Positions 33,072 to 47,000 of a stretch of 64,000 bases of DNA are shown here, piece after piece. This DNA is from Scyliorhinus canicula (lineage: Eukaryota). The DNA lies in NCBI RefSeq assembly GCF_902713615.1, contig NW_024055461.1:4040940-4104939 (forward strand), given 5' to 3'. The notes beneath the pieces were generated by a model. It saw nothing but the letters and a program-made list of their open reading frames with translations. It ran no database searches and was not told where the DNA came from. A program made the position numbers and the translations under genes. Position 1 is the first letter of the stretch; each line of letters begins with the position of its first letter.

Positions 33072-35539
33072 GCTAATTTTACTGACCAGCGGCTGTCTAA
33101 CATTCACTGGTGTTGGGAACACAGGATATCAGGACATTGAGGCATATTAAGCAATATCACAGGAATAAATGTTTTATTCTCCACTAAAGCAGGTCATGAA
33201 CTGGTAATTTCTCCACTCATTGGCAGCAATGAGAGGGACTGTTAAATAATGGAAATCAGCACAAATTAAACTGTACAGAACACTTTGTTAATCAGGTAAA
33301 AGAGACCACTCCATTTAAAAGACATCAAGAACTCGGAGAATATTGTAGGAATCTCCCCCCCCCCCCCCCCCCCCGCCCCCCCCCCCGCCGAGTTCAAAGC
33401 AGTTTTTTTTACATTTAATTCATTCTATTTTATTTTTTGTAATTTCACTTATCTTATTGAACTTGTGGATTGGGTTAACCAACACCACTCACTCTCACTT
33501 CATTAGGCTCTTAACAAACGGACTTTAATAACTAGAGTGACCTTTACTCAGAACTAATATAAATTAAATAGCATCTGGTCAGGTTACTATTTTCCGATTG
33601 TGTTTAATCTCATAGTGAACAAAACAGTCAGTGAATATATTTCTTTGCATGGATCACCATTTAAAACGTTCACCTCATGTGCGACTAAACATTTATTGTT
33701 TGAATGGATAAATCCCATTTAATCCATTCATATTCAGGTAAATCTGCCTCACACAGTATTTGGCAGCAATCCAGCCGCCTGCAGTCAGGGAGGCTCGAAT
33801 GTCCAAAGTTGTTTACAGGAAGCATCTGGATTTGTTTTTCAAAGATCTGTTTCCTCAGTACTGGCCGCTTGGCTGCAAGCCAACTTCAAACTCTTAACAT
33901 TGCCAATGAGGACTATTTATAAACAAATCTACCCAGCAACAGTACTGCACATAATTTTATGTTTTAAATTGAGAACCGTTTTGAACTGTTCCCATCTCTA
34001 AGGAAAGGAGAGTTATACAGCTTTTCTAGCCTCTCTTAGCAACAGTAGCCGGCTGGAGGATCTCTCCCACATCTCATAACATTGTGATGATGCATAGAAA
34101 TACATTCAGACTATCAGACAGGGGATACATTTTGTAATAGATAAACATGTAATTTATGTGTTTTTCCCTTTAACTTCCTTGGAATGTTTGACTCACTGGC
34201 AAGACCAGCATGTGATCCCTGTCCCTAATTGCTGTTGAACTGAGTGGGCCAGCTCAGAAGGAACTGAAGAGTCAGACATGTTGCTGTCCGACTGGAGCCA
34301 CATGTCGGTGAGACCAGGGAGGGATGTCAGATTTCCTTCATTGATGATGCAGAGGGGATTTCATGGTCACCATTAGTATGTATTCCAGATTTATTAATTA
34401 AATTCAAATTCCACCACCGGCCATGGTGCGATTTGTACCTGAGTCCCCACAGAATTAACCTGGGCCTTTGGATTACTGGTACAATAACATTAATACTACA
34501 CCACCACGTGCCAAAAGATAAAATGATGACTGCTTTTATGTCGGGATGTATGTTGGTTGGATGCCTGAATATTTTGATTGAGGAATCAGTGAATGTGGTT
34601 GATGGTCTGAAAGATATTGTTCTACATTCTTAACTTTGCGCTTGATAAATTAAAGCAGGTCCTTCATAATTTGTGTCAGTCTAATACATTCGGTGGTTCA
34701 AGATTTTCTGGATGCTTTCCATCCCCAGACTATGGGGAACTAACGAGCTGGACGTCATTATAAGGAAACTGGAGATATTCCTGCGGTTCTGGTGATTCTT
34801 CTCTGCTGATGGCGAATCTTCATCTCAAAGAGAGAATGCAGGAATATGATTACATTTGGGACGGTTGTAATATTGTGGGCATGTGGTCATATCATGTACA
34901 ATAAGTCACTCCAGATGTCCCAACCCAAATTAATGAAGACACCAGACTGAAAACAGAAATCCTGTGAAACTCAGTGGACAGCTGCAGACGTTGCATTACT
35001 TTTCAAAACAATGTAATAACAAATCGGGATTTAAAGATTCATTAACGTCACATTAGGTACAGGTATTTTCATTTCTACCGGCACTTTAAAAATCGGCACA
35101 CACTCCAGTCTGGAGATTATGTGTGACGATGAGGTGATCACTGACCAATACAGCGCAGAGGCTGCTGGGTAGCTGCATATTAACCTCGGTGTGGTTTAAT
35201 TCCATTTCACATTGAATTCTGATGCAGATGTTACTTGTTGGTGACAGAATGGTCAACGCTATCGCAATGAAGTTTAATCGCAATAGATTATGTTAAACAT
35301 AGGAATTAGGAGCAGAAGTAGGAAATTCAGACCTTCGACCTGCTCCGCCATTCAATCATCATGGCTGATCTCTTCCTGGTCTCAAATCCACCTCCCTTAA
35401 ATGAATTGCTTCACATATTGTAAAACCAAATGCCGAAAATAATTGGTGAATGTAACTATTTATTTTGTGAGTTGATCATAATTTATTAATATAATTATTT
35501 AACTTTGTGAATTGTGACAATTGGTAACATTCGCCATGG

Positions 35540-36770
35540 AAGTGCTAAAGAATGACCATCTCCACCAAATAGAATCTAACAATCTCTCCTTGACATTCAG
35601 TGATATTGCTATCGCTGAATTCCCAATTATCAATACCCTGGGGTTACCATTGACCAGAAGCTGTCCTGGAATGATCATATAAATGCTGAGGCGCCATGAT
35701 CCGTTCAGGGTCTAGGAAATCTGTGGCGAGTAACTCACTCCTGACTCCCAAAGCCTGTTACCATCTATAAGGCATAAGTCAGGAGTGTAATTGAATACTC
35801 TCCAGTTGCCTGGCTGGGTGCAGCTCCAACAACATTGAAGAAGCTTGACACCTTCCAGGCCAAATCAGCCCGCTTGATTGTCACCCTATGTGCAAACACC
35901 CTTATGATGGACATGGATAGAATGGATGGCAGGAACTCATTCCCAGGGTGGCGAGGTCAGTCACCAGGTAGCATAGGTTTAAGGTCCGTGGGGCAAAGTT
36001 TAGAGGAGATGTGCGAGGCAAGGTTCCATCCACAACCGACGAACAATGACAATAATTTACCATCCGCAGGATGCACCGCAGAAACCCATCAAGTCTCCTT
36101 TGAAACGCCTTCTAAACCCAGGCCCATTACCTTCTAGAAGGAAAAAGCAGCTGACACATGGGAAGGTCACTTGAGGGGCAGCAGGGTAGCATGGGGCAGC
36201 AGGGTAGCATGGTGGTTAGCATACATGCTTCACAGCTCCAGGGTCCCAGGTTCGATTCCCGGCTGGGTCACTGTCTGTGTGGAGTCTGCACGTCCTCCCC
36301 CTGTGTGCGTGGGTTTCCTCCGGGTGCTCCGGTTTCCTCCCACAGTCCAAAGATGTGCGGGTTAGGTGGATTGGCCATGCTAAATTGCCTGTAGTGTCCT
36401 AATAAAAGTAAGGTTAAGGGGGGCGTTGTTGGGTTACGGGTATAGGGTAGATACGTGGGTTTGAGTCGGGTGATCATGGCTCGGCACAACATTGAAGGCC
36501 GAAGGGCCTGTTCTGTGCTGTACTGTTCTATGTTCTATGTCACCACCTGGAAATTCCCCTCCAAATCACTCACTATCTTGACTTGGAAATATATCGCAGA
36601 ATCTTCGGTGTCGCTGGTTCAAACGACTAGAACTCCCTCCCTAACAGCACCGTCGGTGTACCTACACCAGAGTGACTGCGGAGGTTCAAATAGGTGGCAC
36701 ACCACCACTTTGTGAAGGACAATTAGTGATGGTCAATAAATCATGGCCAAGCCAGCGACACCCGCACCAT
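35540..36770 (+). mobile_element. Degenerate LINE (CR1/L2-like) with nested V-SINE at about 36170-36537
   Basis: RT C-terminal relic (PTTLKKLDTFQAKSARLI). The SINE is full length, with a duplicated ggggcagcagggtagcat head. Confidence 0.75.
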
Positions 36771-37269
36771 GTAACTTAATTTAAAACTGTACCAATTTTT
36801 GTGAAACGACGATAATTGGTGAATTCAATTATTTATATTCATAATTGAATGAAGATTGATGAATATAATTACTATGTTTCTGAACATTCGTGGCCTGCTC
36901 CTTCTCTGATGGAAGATATAAACCATCCCACAGGAGATGCAAAATCATAACCAATATCTGAAAACAAAGTGGACAGAGGAAACTGCAGCAACTATTGACA
37001 TATCTCACTCATAGCAGCACTGGAAAGGCCTTTGCTAGCTTCACACTTTGAACATTTCATCTGCTTGCAGGCCGAATGTAGTTGGAAGAAAGGTGTGGTG
37101 TTTGTGTCGCAAGATTTACTCTGGGCGTGATCTGTTCCCTATACCACAAGTCTACCTCTTCACCTTACCATCAGGAGAGCAGGGACTATAAGATTTGGGG
37201 ATAATTGGCTGTCTCTCAAAGCTCCCCTGTCTCATTAACTTCTTCCATGGCAAAATGCACTGCATTGTA

Positions 37270-38560
37270 CAGATTGACGATTCCACTTCCGACAGATTCT
37301 AAGTGAATAATTGAGTGAAAGAGGACCGTGTGATTGACCCAACTCTATTCGGGAGCTTTCTCTTCAAGCTGCTGATCTTTGCCTGCCCTGAAGATATGGA
37401 TGAAATCCACTAGCACACTCGGTCAGGCTGCAACCCCTACAACCTTTCAGTCATCAAAACTGAGACAAAATCACAATGCATCCGCATCAGAGAATTCCTC
37501 CACGCTGAAAATTCGATCATCCAAACAAAACATCATCCATAGAGACTCATGGACTCTATCCCCAATGCATGTAACTTGTTCTTCCTTGCCATAAGCATGA
37601 GGAAAACAGTGATCGTGGACATGGTGTTGCACTTTCTGCCTTGATGTAGAACATGATGCTGACATGGGGAAAGCAGGTACTACCTTTGTTTGACTCATTA
37701 AAATGTCCATGGAACAACATCAAGCTTTGGAACGAGCTAATGGTTTATAAGGCCTAAACTCTCAGAACCTTAGGTGAACAAGTTAGAACAGTGGCAAGCA
37801 CAGTTGCTTCATAGCTTCAGGGTCACCGGTTCAATATCCGCCTTGGGTCACTGTGCAGAGTCTGCACATTCTCCCCCTGTCTCCGTGGGTTCCTCCGGGC
37901 GCTCCGATTTCCTCCCACAGTCCTAAGATGTCCAGGATAGGTGGATTGGCCATGCTAAATTACCGTTAGCATCCAAAGAAAGGTTAGATGGTAGTACAGA
38001 GATAGGGTGGAGATGTGGGGATAGGGTGGAGGTACGGGTTAGATAGGATGCTGTCTCCAAGGGACTTGATGGGCCGAATAGCCTCCTTCCACACTGTAAA
38101 TTCTATGATTCTATGAACCTTGTCTTCTGTCTGTGAAACAAGGAACACTTGCAGCTGTCAAGAAAAATAGCTCAAAAAATTTCATCTTTGTTGTCCGCAG
38201 TGCATTATGGATATTTACTGGCAGGACAAAATCAGAAATGCAGCAGTTCTCTCAAAGACAGAGCTTCCAAGTCCCTTCAAAACAATCAAAAAAGGTGGTT
38301 TTCACGGTTCTAGTGTGGTCTCCAAATGGAAGATGGTCACATGACAAAGGAATTTCCACTTTGCGAAGCAGCCGGAGCCACGCATCCAGTGGGGAGCCAG
38401 ATATTCCACTTCAAGGTTTCTTCTAAGTGTGACATAACGTCCCTAAACCTAAATATTAAGCATCGCAATTGGGTGTCACCAGCAGCAAACGGAAAAAATG
38501 GCGGCACTTCCGGTGGGCTGGTGTGAGCCACCAGGACCAGTGGATTTAGCAGCTTTGACA
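37270..38560 (+). mobile_element. Degenerate RTE-clade LINE with nested V-SINE at about 37785-38115
   Basis: Decayed RTE-like RT (IREFLHAEN..RLMD...AC.LF.L.IS.RKTV) and C-terminus (WQDKI.NAAVLS, MEDGH...PVG). Confidence 0.65.
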
Positions 38561-39429
38561 TTGACATAAACCGAGAATATGAAAACCCAGAACGACAATT
38601 GGGAGCTTCATGTGCAACACTTGTCTCGAAATCAGTGGATATTTGTTGGGTATCTATTAGAAATTGAAGGATGCCTGTGACCTGAGTGACATTCAGTTGT
38701 ACACAGCATGGGTGCTTTCGCGCACACACACGAAACACAGATATACAGTCTCTCACACATGCATTCTCTCTGTCTTACACGCACACCCACAATTTCCCAT
38801 TCAACTTAAGATCCCATCTTAACTTCCTTGGAGGCCTTGGAGACAATGACCCCAACCGTCTTTCAGCTGGTATAATGAACCAACAAATTCGCCCCAACAT
38901 CATGTACGCTAAGTTGAATGTTAAATTTCCTATGGACTCCATACAGGGCCCAGGAAACACTCCTCCATTTAACAAACATGAACAAAACCGCGCGACCAGG
39001 GATTGAGCCGCTTTGCTCTGGCGCTGACCTCACTGCGCAAGAATTAGCCACCAACACCTGCAATGAGTTAAACCTTAGATTATAGCAGCTCCGCAGAACG
39101 CGATGTGATATTACATTTGTGGAGATGAATTATTGACCCATCAACATCATGGATCATACCTGCCAACGACATTTTCACAGTAACTGCAATTGCAAAATCT
39201 GGCCAGCAGATGGAATTTAAATCGAGATGCTTTACATTACATGAAACAGACATTGCCTCAATAATTACTGCATTAATTCCTGTCTCTGTTAATTTTAAAT
39301 TGGGCTCCATCTGTATTTTTGTTAGACTAGACTGTCTCTGTTTACATTACACGACACTCTGTTTCAATTAATACTGCACCAGTGCATGTCGTTGTTTATG
39401 TCACACAATCACTGTGATCCAGTTTTCAA

Positions 39430-39990
39430 TGGATAGGATCTACCTTTGCAGTTCACCCACATCCAGTCCTGAATAGTAATGAACAATTAAACAAATAGCC
39501 GGAGCAGGAGCCTCAATAAAATTCCCCTCTTCAATGATGCGGGAGCCCAGCACGTTCGTGCAAAAAACAAGACTGAAAGTTCCTGCCAGAGGTGCCGAGA
39601 GGATGATCCATCTCGGCCTCCTCCGGTGGTCTGCATCATCGTGGATGTCAGTCTTCAGGAAATTTGATTCCTCCACACGATATCAAGAAATGGCTGACAG
39701 CGCTGCAAACGTCATTAGCCCTGGCAACATTATAGCAACAATACTGAAGGTTTGTGCTCCAGAACTGGCTGGGCCCCAATAAACTTGTTCCAGTGCAGAT
39801 ACAGCACTGGCATGGACCCAACAATATGCAACATTATCAAACATGACCCGTTCACAAAACGCAGGATAAATCCAACCCAGCCACTTATGTCCCTTTGCAG
39901 CCCAGATCAGATATAGAGGAAAATTGTCTCTCCAGTTCTCATTAAATATCTAAAGTCATTGAATGCTCCAACCACATTTTCGAGTATAAC
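39430..39990 (+). mobile_element. LINE RT-region relic (CR1/L2-like)
   Basis: PGNIIATILKVCAPELAGP, and aaatccaacccagcc (K-S-N-P) motif preceding RT domain 1. Confidence 0.65.
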
Positions 39991-41719
39991 TCCCTCTACG
40001 TATTCCAATTCATTGAACTCGATCCATTAGTTTGAAGCCAACGGGGTGAGATCGGGGTGAGCGAGATGGTTTAGCTCTGTGGGCTAGACAGCTGGTTAGT
40101 GATGCAGAACAAGGCTAGCAGCGCGGGTTCAATTCCGGTTCCAACTCACCCGAACAGGCGCCGGTTGTGGCGACTAGGGGCTTTTCGCAGTAACTTCATA
40201 CATGTGTCAATAAAAATTATTATTATTATTGGCCACATGTCGATTAAAGACAATGACCCATCGTGGAGAGACATGAGATAGAACCAGTTATGAGAAAGAC
40301 ACAGAGAGAGATAGGATACAAGAAAATTCTACTAACACACTTGGCATGCCCTTTTCTTTAGAGATTAGAGGGAATCTTTCTTAATTATGAGCATGGATAT
40401 CATAATTATATTTTTCTCATATAACTGATGAATAAAAATGTCGAAAAACAAACACTACTGGAATCCGTTGATCTATTAGCATCTTTGGATCTATTTCTGT
40501 GCTGTGTTGGTGGGGAAAGATTTGTTTTGTTTTTTTTCAGTCCAAAATCTAATCTGGGACATCTATTTCTGTGTTTATTTACATTAACACCTCACTGGTC
40601 ACAATGAAATGTCCATGTCAGCAAAACGAGACAAACATAGTCACTTATTGATTAGTTTCAACTCAAAATAGCGGTTTATTTTAAGAATATTGACAGTTGG
40701 TTAAAATGAATAGAAACTTCCATCAGAACAGATGTTACTTAATTGAAATAAAAAATACTTTAAGTTAAGTATTCATTCTGAAAGTTCTGATGCCTATATT
40801 AATAAAGCATCTTTAACCAGCGACTTTTCCACTGAATGATTATTTGATTGAAATATTAACCGATTTAAAGTAGATAGATTCAAACATCAGCCAGAAGAGT
40901 GACCTATAGTCACACCAATCTCAGATCTTTTGACAAATTACAACTTGCATTTTAAAATGTTACCATTTGGAAAACGCTTGCATTTGTGAAACGCTTTACC
41001 CGACTTCAGGTCACCATCAACGCCCTTAAAACTCACTGATATATTTTTGCTGAATTTAGTCACTGCTGTAATGTTGGAAACAGAGCAGGGAATTTGTGCA
41101 CAGCAAGCTCCCACAAACTGAGATGTGACAAGTGACCAACTAATCTGTGATTTTAGATGAAAAACGGACATTGGTCCAAGATACTGGGAAAAGTAGCTCT
41201 GCTCTTCAGAATTATATCAATAAGGTAATCCACCTGAAATGTGAATCTGTTCCTCTCTCTGCAGATGCTCACTGACCTGCTGAGCAGCCTACTTTGTTGT
41301 TTTTGTTTTAGATTTCCAGAATCTTCAACACTTTGCACAGTTTTAGTTCATTCTCGCCATATGGCCATCTGTGACAAAGTCAGCATTAACTGTCCATTCC
41401 GAGAAGCCGGATGTGAGCCACCTTTTTGATAAGGTGCACTTCGAGCGGTTTTATCACATTTGACTTTCTGTAGCAACTTCCCATCAACTGACGTTCTTGC
41501 TCAGCAATATCAAAGACAGTTAATAGTCAACCCATCACTGCTGAACTAGTCACATATAGGCCAAACAGAATAAGGAGGGAAGATTTCTTCTCCTGAAGAT
41601 TGTTGGTGAACCTGCTGGGCTTTGGGAAATTTCGATAACTTCATCAGTATTGTAAATGACACGACGATTTGTTTCTGATATATTAATTCATTCAATTGAA
41701 AGTCCCCCAGTTGCCATAA

Positions 41720-42400
41720 AACCTTAATATATAGGAGCAGAAGTTGGCCATTCGGCCCATGGAATCTGATCTGGCATTCAATGAGATCGTGGCTGATCTG
41801 GTAAAATCCTCAACTCCATATTTCCTACTTATCCCCATATCCCCAGACTCCCTTCCTGATGAAAAATCTGTCTGTCTCAGCCTGGAACATATTTATTGAC
41901 CAGACCACCTCTCTACGGCAAATACTTATATAGAATCACTACCCTCTGAGAGAAGAAATTCCTCTTCATCCTCGTCTGAAATGAGCGGCACCTTACTCTG
42001 CGATTGTGCCCTCTGGTCCAAGATTCTCCCAAAAGCAGAAACAACCTCTAGCATCTATATTGTCAAGCCCCCTGAGAATACTATATATCTCAGTAAGTTC
42101 GGAACTCATTTTTCGAAACTCCAGCGCGTGTAGGCCTTACCGACTGAACCTCTCCTCATGCAACTGGTCAGCGTGTTTGGCTGTTTACCGAAAGGTCTGC
42201 GCTTCAAGGCCGGATTCTTTTTTATTTGCTGACAGGTAGAGTAACAATGGGTCGAAAGGTCTATTTCTGTGCTGTGAAATGCTACCTACTTTGAAAATCC
42301 CTCCATACTCGGGATTAACCTAAAGAACCTTCTCTGAACTGCCTCCAAAATGTCTATCCTCACATAAGGAGACCAGAACCGTTCACAACATTACAATATG
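41720..42400 (-). mobile_element. Decayed CR1 3' fragment
   Basis: Reverse complement of CR1 3'-end motifs (ccattcggccc, accctctgagagaagaaattcctc, tgccctctggtc). Confidence 0.65.
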
Positions 42401-43094
42401 ACCTGGAGGAAATTGTACTCCTGTGTCTGGAGTATTAGCTCAGGCCTCCAGATTGCCAGTTTTGTAATAATATTGCGAGACTGTCCCTAAGGCTGTAATA
42501 GCATCACATCTAAAAGATGGGACAATTGAACATTAAACACTCCTCCTGCATTGGATCACAGGTCTGAAGCATGTGCTCAGGTATCTGTTGTGGGAGGTGA
42601 TATCGATTCCACTGAGACAAGACTGTTAACCTATCATGGTTTGTATTTTGACATTCTGAAATATTGCTCAGTGAATCTAAAGTTCAAACTAAGGGTCTAG
42701 TCTTACATGGGTCAATTTAATTTTCAAAGGCTGGTATTTTACTAGTCCTGGGTCTTACTCTGACACAATGGTAATGGTGAATGGGAATTCCACTGGCTCC
42801 ATATAAAATATCAGTTATTCCAAAAATAGCATCTAAATGCAAGCAAAGCAGAAACATACGCACAACTTGATCTTCCCACTGTATGAGCTGCATGGCCAGA
42901 TTGGTTGGAAACTGGGATAGTTTTTCTTAGGACCGAGCAGGTTATGGGAAGGCGTGGTAAAAATGGTCACAATTAGGAATGGTTTTGTTTGATTAATTAG
43001 GAAGAAACTTGATTCACTGGCAGGGGGGGGGTCAGAAAACAGAGGACACTGATTAATTAGATATTAATTAATTCTCCCCTCTGATTATAAACCT

Positions 43095-43420
43095 ATCAAA
43101 TTGTGTCAGGACTAGAGAGGGCGGATGCAGAAACGATGGTCCCGATGGTGGGAGAAGATAGAACGAGGGGCCACCGTCTCAGAATAGTGGGTGAACGATT
43201 TAGGGCTGAGATGAGGAGTAATATCTTCACCCTGGAAGTCGTGAATCTGTGGAATTCTCTACCACCGAAAGAAGTTGAGTCCAATGTATTGTATGTTTTC
43301 AAGAGGAGTTAGACAGCTCTTGGGGATCAAAGCTCTAAAGGGACCACATGAAACGGGGGAAAGTGAAGCAGGCTCGAAGGGCAGAATGGTCTACTCCTGC
43401 TCTATTTTCTATGTCACTGT
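43095..43420 (+). mobile_element. CR1 3' fragment
   Basis: GLERADAETMVPMVGEDRTRGHRLRIVG.RFRAEMR.NIFT.EVVNLWNSLP. Confidence 0.85.
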
Positions 43421-44089
43421 ATTACATCAAATCCGTTCCTTCTCATGTCGAATGAGACCCTGTCTTTATTTGTATTAAAGTAAACCCTGTCCCTGTCTAT
43501 ACTACGCTGTTCTGCTTGTGCTACACGCAATTAATACTACACTAGACCATGCATAGGATTATATTACAATAAGTTCCGCCTCTTTTATATTCCACAGGAT
43601 TTGTCTCTTTATATCATATCAGGGCCTAGCTCTGTTGATATTTTACCGGACTATATTCCTGTTGCCTATTTCGATATTATAACTGATTTTATACGTTTGC
43701 TTGTTTGTACAAGTACAATCATTGTTGATTTGGAGATTATATTAATTCTTGTTAATAACTACAAGTAGTTCTATGAAATTTGCATTTGCTCTGCTATCAT
43801 GTGGGCAATATTAAGTTTAATATTTTACCTGCGCTCCAGTAATGAACTGGGCTTGAGGGACAGGCCGACATGTGAACACCGGTGCACTGCCATTTGCAAA
43901 GGTTAATGGGAATTTCGGTTTTATTCAAAATGATGAATTTACTCATGTCTTACACTCTTTCGATTGGAACGTTTTTTTCACTGTGTGGATTATTTTCCTG
44001 CCTCGTTTTATATTCACCAATGACCTAATATACGGCAGTGTTAGACTGAACAGTGTTCTCACAGAATCACCAGATTTTGTATGGATTTC

Positions 44090-47000
44090 AGCCCAGGGAG
44101 GAGGGAGAGTGTGTGGGACGGGGATTTACAGCTTTGAGGGAACAAGAGAGGAAGTGGAGGAGGCCTTGGCACGACACAGCGACCAGGTCACCTTGATGGG
44201 GACGAGCTGCGGAGGGTGGTGGAGGTCAACAGAGGACTCAGAGGAAAGCTCGAAGACTTGGAGAAGCGCTCAAGGCGGCACAATTTGAGAATTGTGGGCT
44301 TGCCTGAAGGGACAGAGGGCCCAAGGGCAACACAATATTTCACTAAAAAGTTGGCACAGCTGATACGGGAGGGTGAGAACCCCTCCCGGTATAAACTAGA
44401 CCTAGCTCATCGGCCATGAAGGCCGAAGCCCAAAGTGAACGAGCCGCCAAGGGCAGTAATTATCTGCTGCCATACGTTCGGCATGAAGGAAAATGTATTA
44501 AGCTGGGTGAAGCGGAAGCGTGAGGTGCTGTGGGATGGTACTGTGGTTCGGATCTACCAGGACTTGACGGTGGAGATGGCAAAAAGACGAGCGGCATTTG
44601 GGCGAGTGAAGGAGGCACTGTACAAAAAGGGGGTGCGAATTGGTATGGTGTACCCGGCGAAGTTGAGGGTAACGTATAATGCCAAAGACTTTTATTTTGA
44701 GACAGCGGAGGTGGCTGAGGCATTCATGAGGGCAGAAGGCTTGGCACAGACGTGAGGAGCGGAGCTGGAAGAGAGACTGTGGGATGTGTTTGAGCAGCAT
44801 GTTGAAATGCTACAACTTTCGTTTTACTGATGTGTATTGTAATTTACTTCTCTTTGCATTGTTACAGAGTTCAAGTTAATGGTGGGTTGTTTGGTATTCT
44901 GTGTTGCGACGATTAAATGTTATGTTAGTGAATTGTAGGGGTTGTATTGTTGGGTTTGTTGTTTTTTATTTTTTCTTTCTCTGGGACTGGGTGGAAGGGG
45001 ACGATATGTCTTTGCGGGGGGGGGGGCACCCGCGCGAGCTAACTAAAGTCAGCTAGTGAACGGAGGTGAGCTGAGAGGAGGGCTGCAGGCGGTGGAGCCT
45101 GGACAGCAGGCTTCAATGGGTCTACGAGGCGAGCGAGGGGGGGGGGGGGGCGAAGGGACGGAGGCTGGGGGATGTTGATTCAGGGGGAAATGTAGGGGGG
45201 GTTTTGGGAGAGGGGGAATTGGTTCGATGTTAACAATGGACAGGGCGGGTCAGGCTTATGGGGCAGGGCCCGCTGGATAAGAAAGGTGGGGGGGGGGGGG
45301 TGGGGGTGGGGTAAGAGACCCCCAGCAAGGATAGTCACATGGAATGTGAGAGGGCTGGGAGTTCCAGTCAAGAAGTCAAGGGTGCTTGCGCATCTTAAAA
45401 GTTTGAAAACCGATGTGGCAATGCTGCAGGAGAACTCACTTGAGGGACCAGGTGAGATTTAAAAAGGGCTGGGTTAGCCAAGTGTTTCACTCTGGATTTG
45501 ATGGAAGGGCTCGAGGGGTAGCGGTGTTGGTGGGCAAAATGGTACATTTCCAGATGGAGAAGGTGGTGGCACATCAGGGGGGTAGATATGTGATTGTGAC
45601 AGGGGCGCTGGAGGGGAGACTAGTGGGGGGGAGGGGGTTGGGGGGTTGGGACTGGAACTTGGTGCAGGAGCCAAGGTAGGTCAGGTCACGGCCGTGATCG
45701 CTGGTCCCATCAGCGGTCGTGAAGGCGCTGTCTGGGCTAATGGTGGAAACTGGAGGGGTGGACACTTGGAGGTTCATGCACTCAAGGGAACGGGAGTACT
45801 CGTTTTTCTCAGCAGTCCATAGGGTATACTCGCGGATTGACTTTTTTATGGTGGGAAAAGCTTTGCTGGCTGGGGTCAAGGGGTCGGAATACTCAGCAAT
45901 TGCAGTGTCAGATCACGCTCAGTATTGGGTGGATATGGTACTGGAGAAGGGAGTAGCGCAGAGGCCGGGGTGGAAACTGGATGTGGGGCTCATGGGGAAC
46001 CAAGTGTTCTGTGAGAAAATTGAAAAGGGAGTTAAGGAATATGTAGGTTTCAACTCTGCGGGTGAGGTGTCGAAGGCAGTTTTCTGGGAGGCTCTAAAGT
46101 TGGTAGTGAGGGTGAGATAATTTCGTTTAAGGTCAGGGTGGACAAAGAGGAGAGGTTGCAGCGGCAGAGCGTAATGGATGAGATGCTGGAAGTAGATATG
46201 AGTTATGCAGAAGATGGGGATCCAGCGAAGCTGGAAAAGAGGAAGGAACTACAGGCGAGCTTCGACCGACTATCCACCAGAAAGCCGGTGCGCCAACTGA
46301 GATGAGCAAGGGGTGCAGTTTATGAACATGAAGATAAGGCAGGTATGTTCGCAGGTCAGCTCCAGAGGGAGGCAGTGGCAAGGGAAATTCTTCAGGTGAG
46401 GGACAGGGCAGGGCAGTTGGTTTGGCTCCGGAGCGGATTAACAAGGTTTTTGAGGAGTTTTATGAGAGGTTGTACAGGTCAGAGCCACCTGGGGGAGACC
46501 GGGAGATGCAGGAATTTCTAGATGGGTTGGAGTACCCGAAGCTAGGGGAAGGGGAGAGGGCTACATTAGAAGGAGCAACAGTGGAGCAGGAGATAAAGGA
46601 TGCGATAGGGAGGATGCAGTCGGGGAAGGTGGCAGGGCCGGATGGGTTCCCGGTGGAATAGATAGATAGATAGAGAAATACAGCACAGAACAGGCCCTTC
46701 GGCCCACGATGCTGTGCCGAACTTTTGTCCTAGGTTAATCATAGAATTTTGGACACTAAGGGCAATTTATCACAGCCAATCCACCCAACCTGCACATCTT
46801 TGGACTGTTATAAAATGAATATAATATGAATATTATAACAAATTCAAGGATACGTTGGCACCCCTGATGGTGGGGATGGTTGAAGAGGCGATAGGAAAGG
46901 GAGTGTTGCCACAAACCTTGGGGCAGGCATCGATTTCACTGTTGCCAGAAAAAGAAAAGGGTCCGACGGAGTGTGGGTCGTATAGGCCATATCACTTCTG

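Noticed and set aside
42707-42990. Leader-like exon (MGQFNFQRLV..LVLGLTLTQ with GTAATG donor)
   Set aside because: Needs a frameshift, and no V exon or RSS follows.
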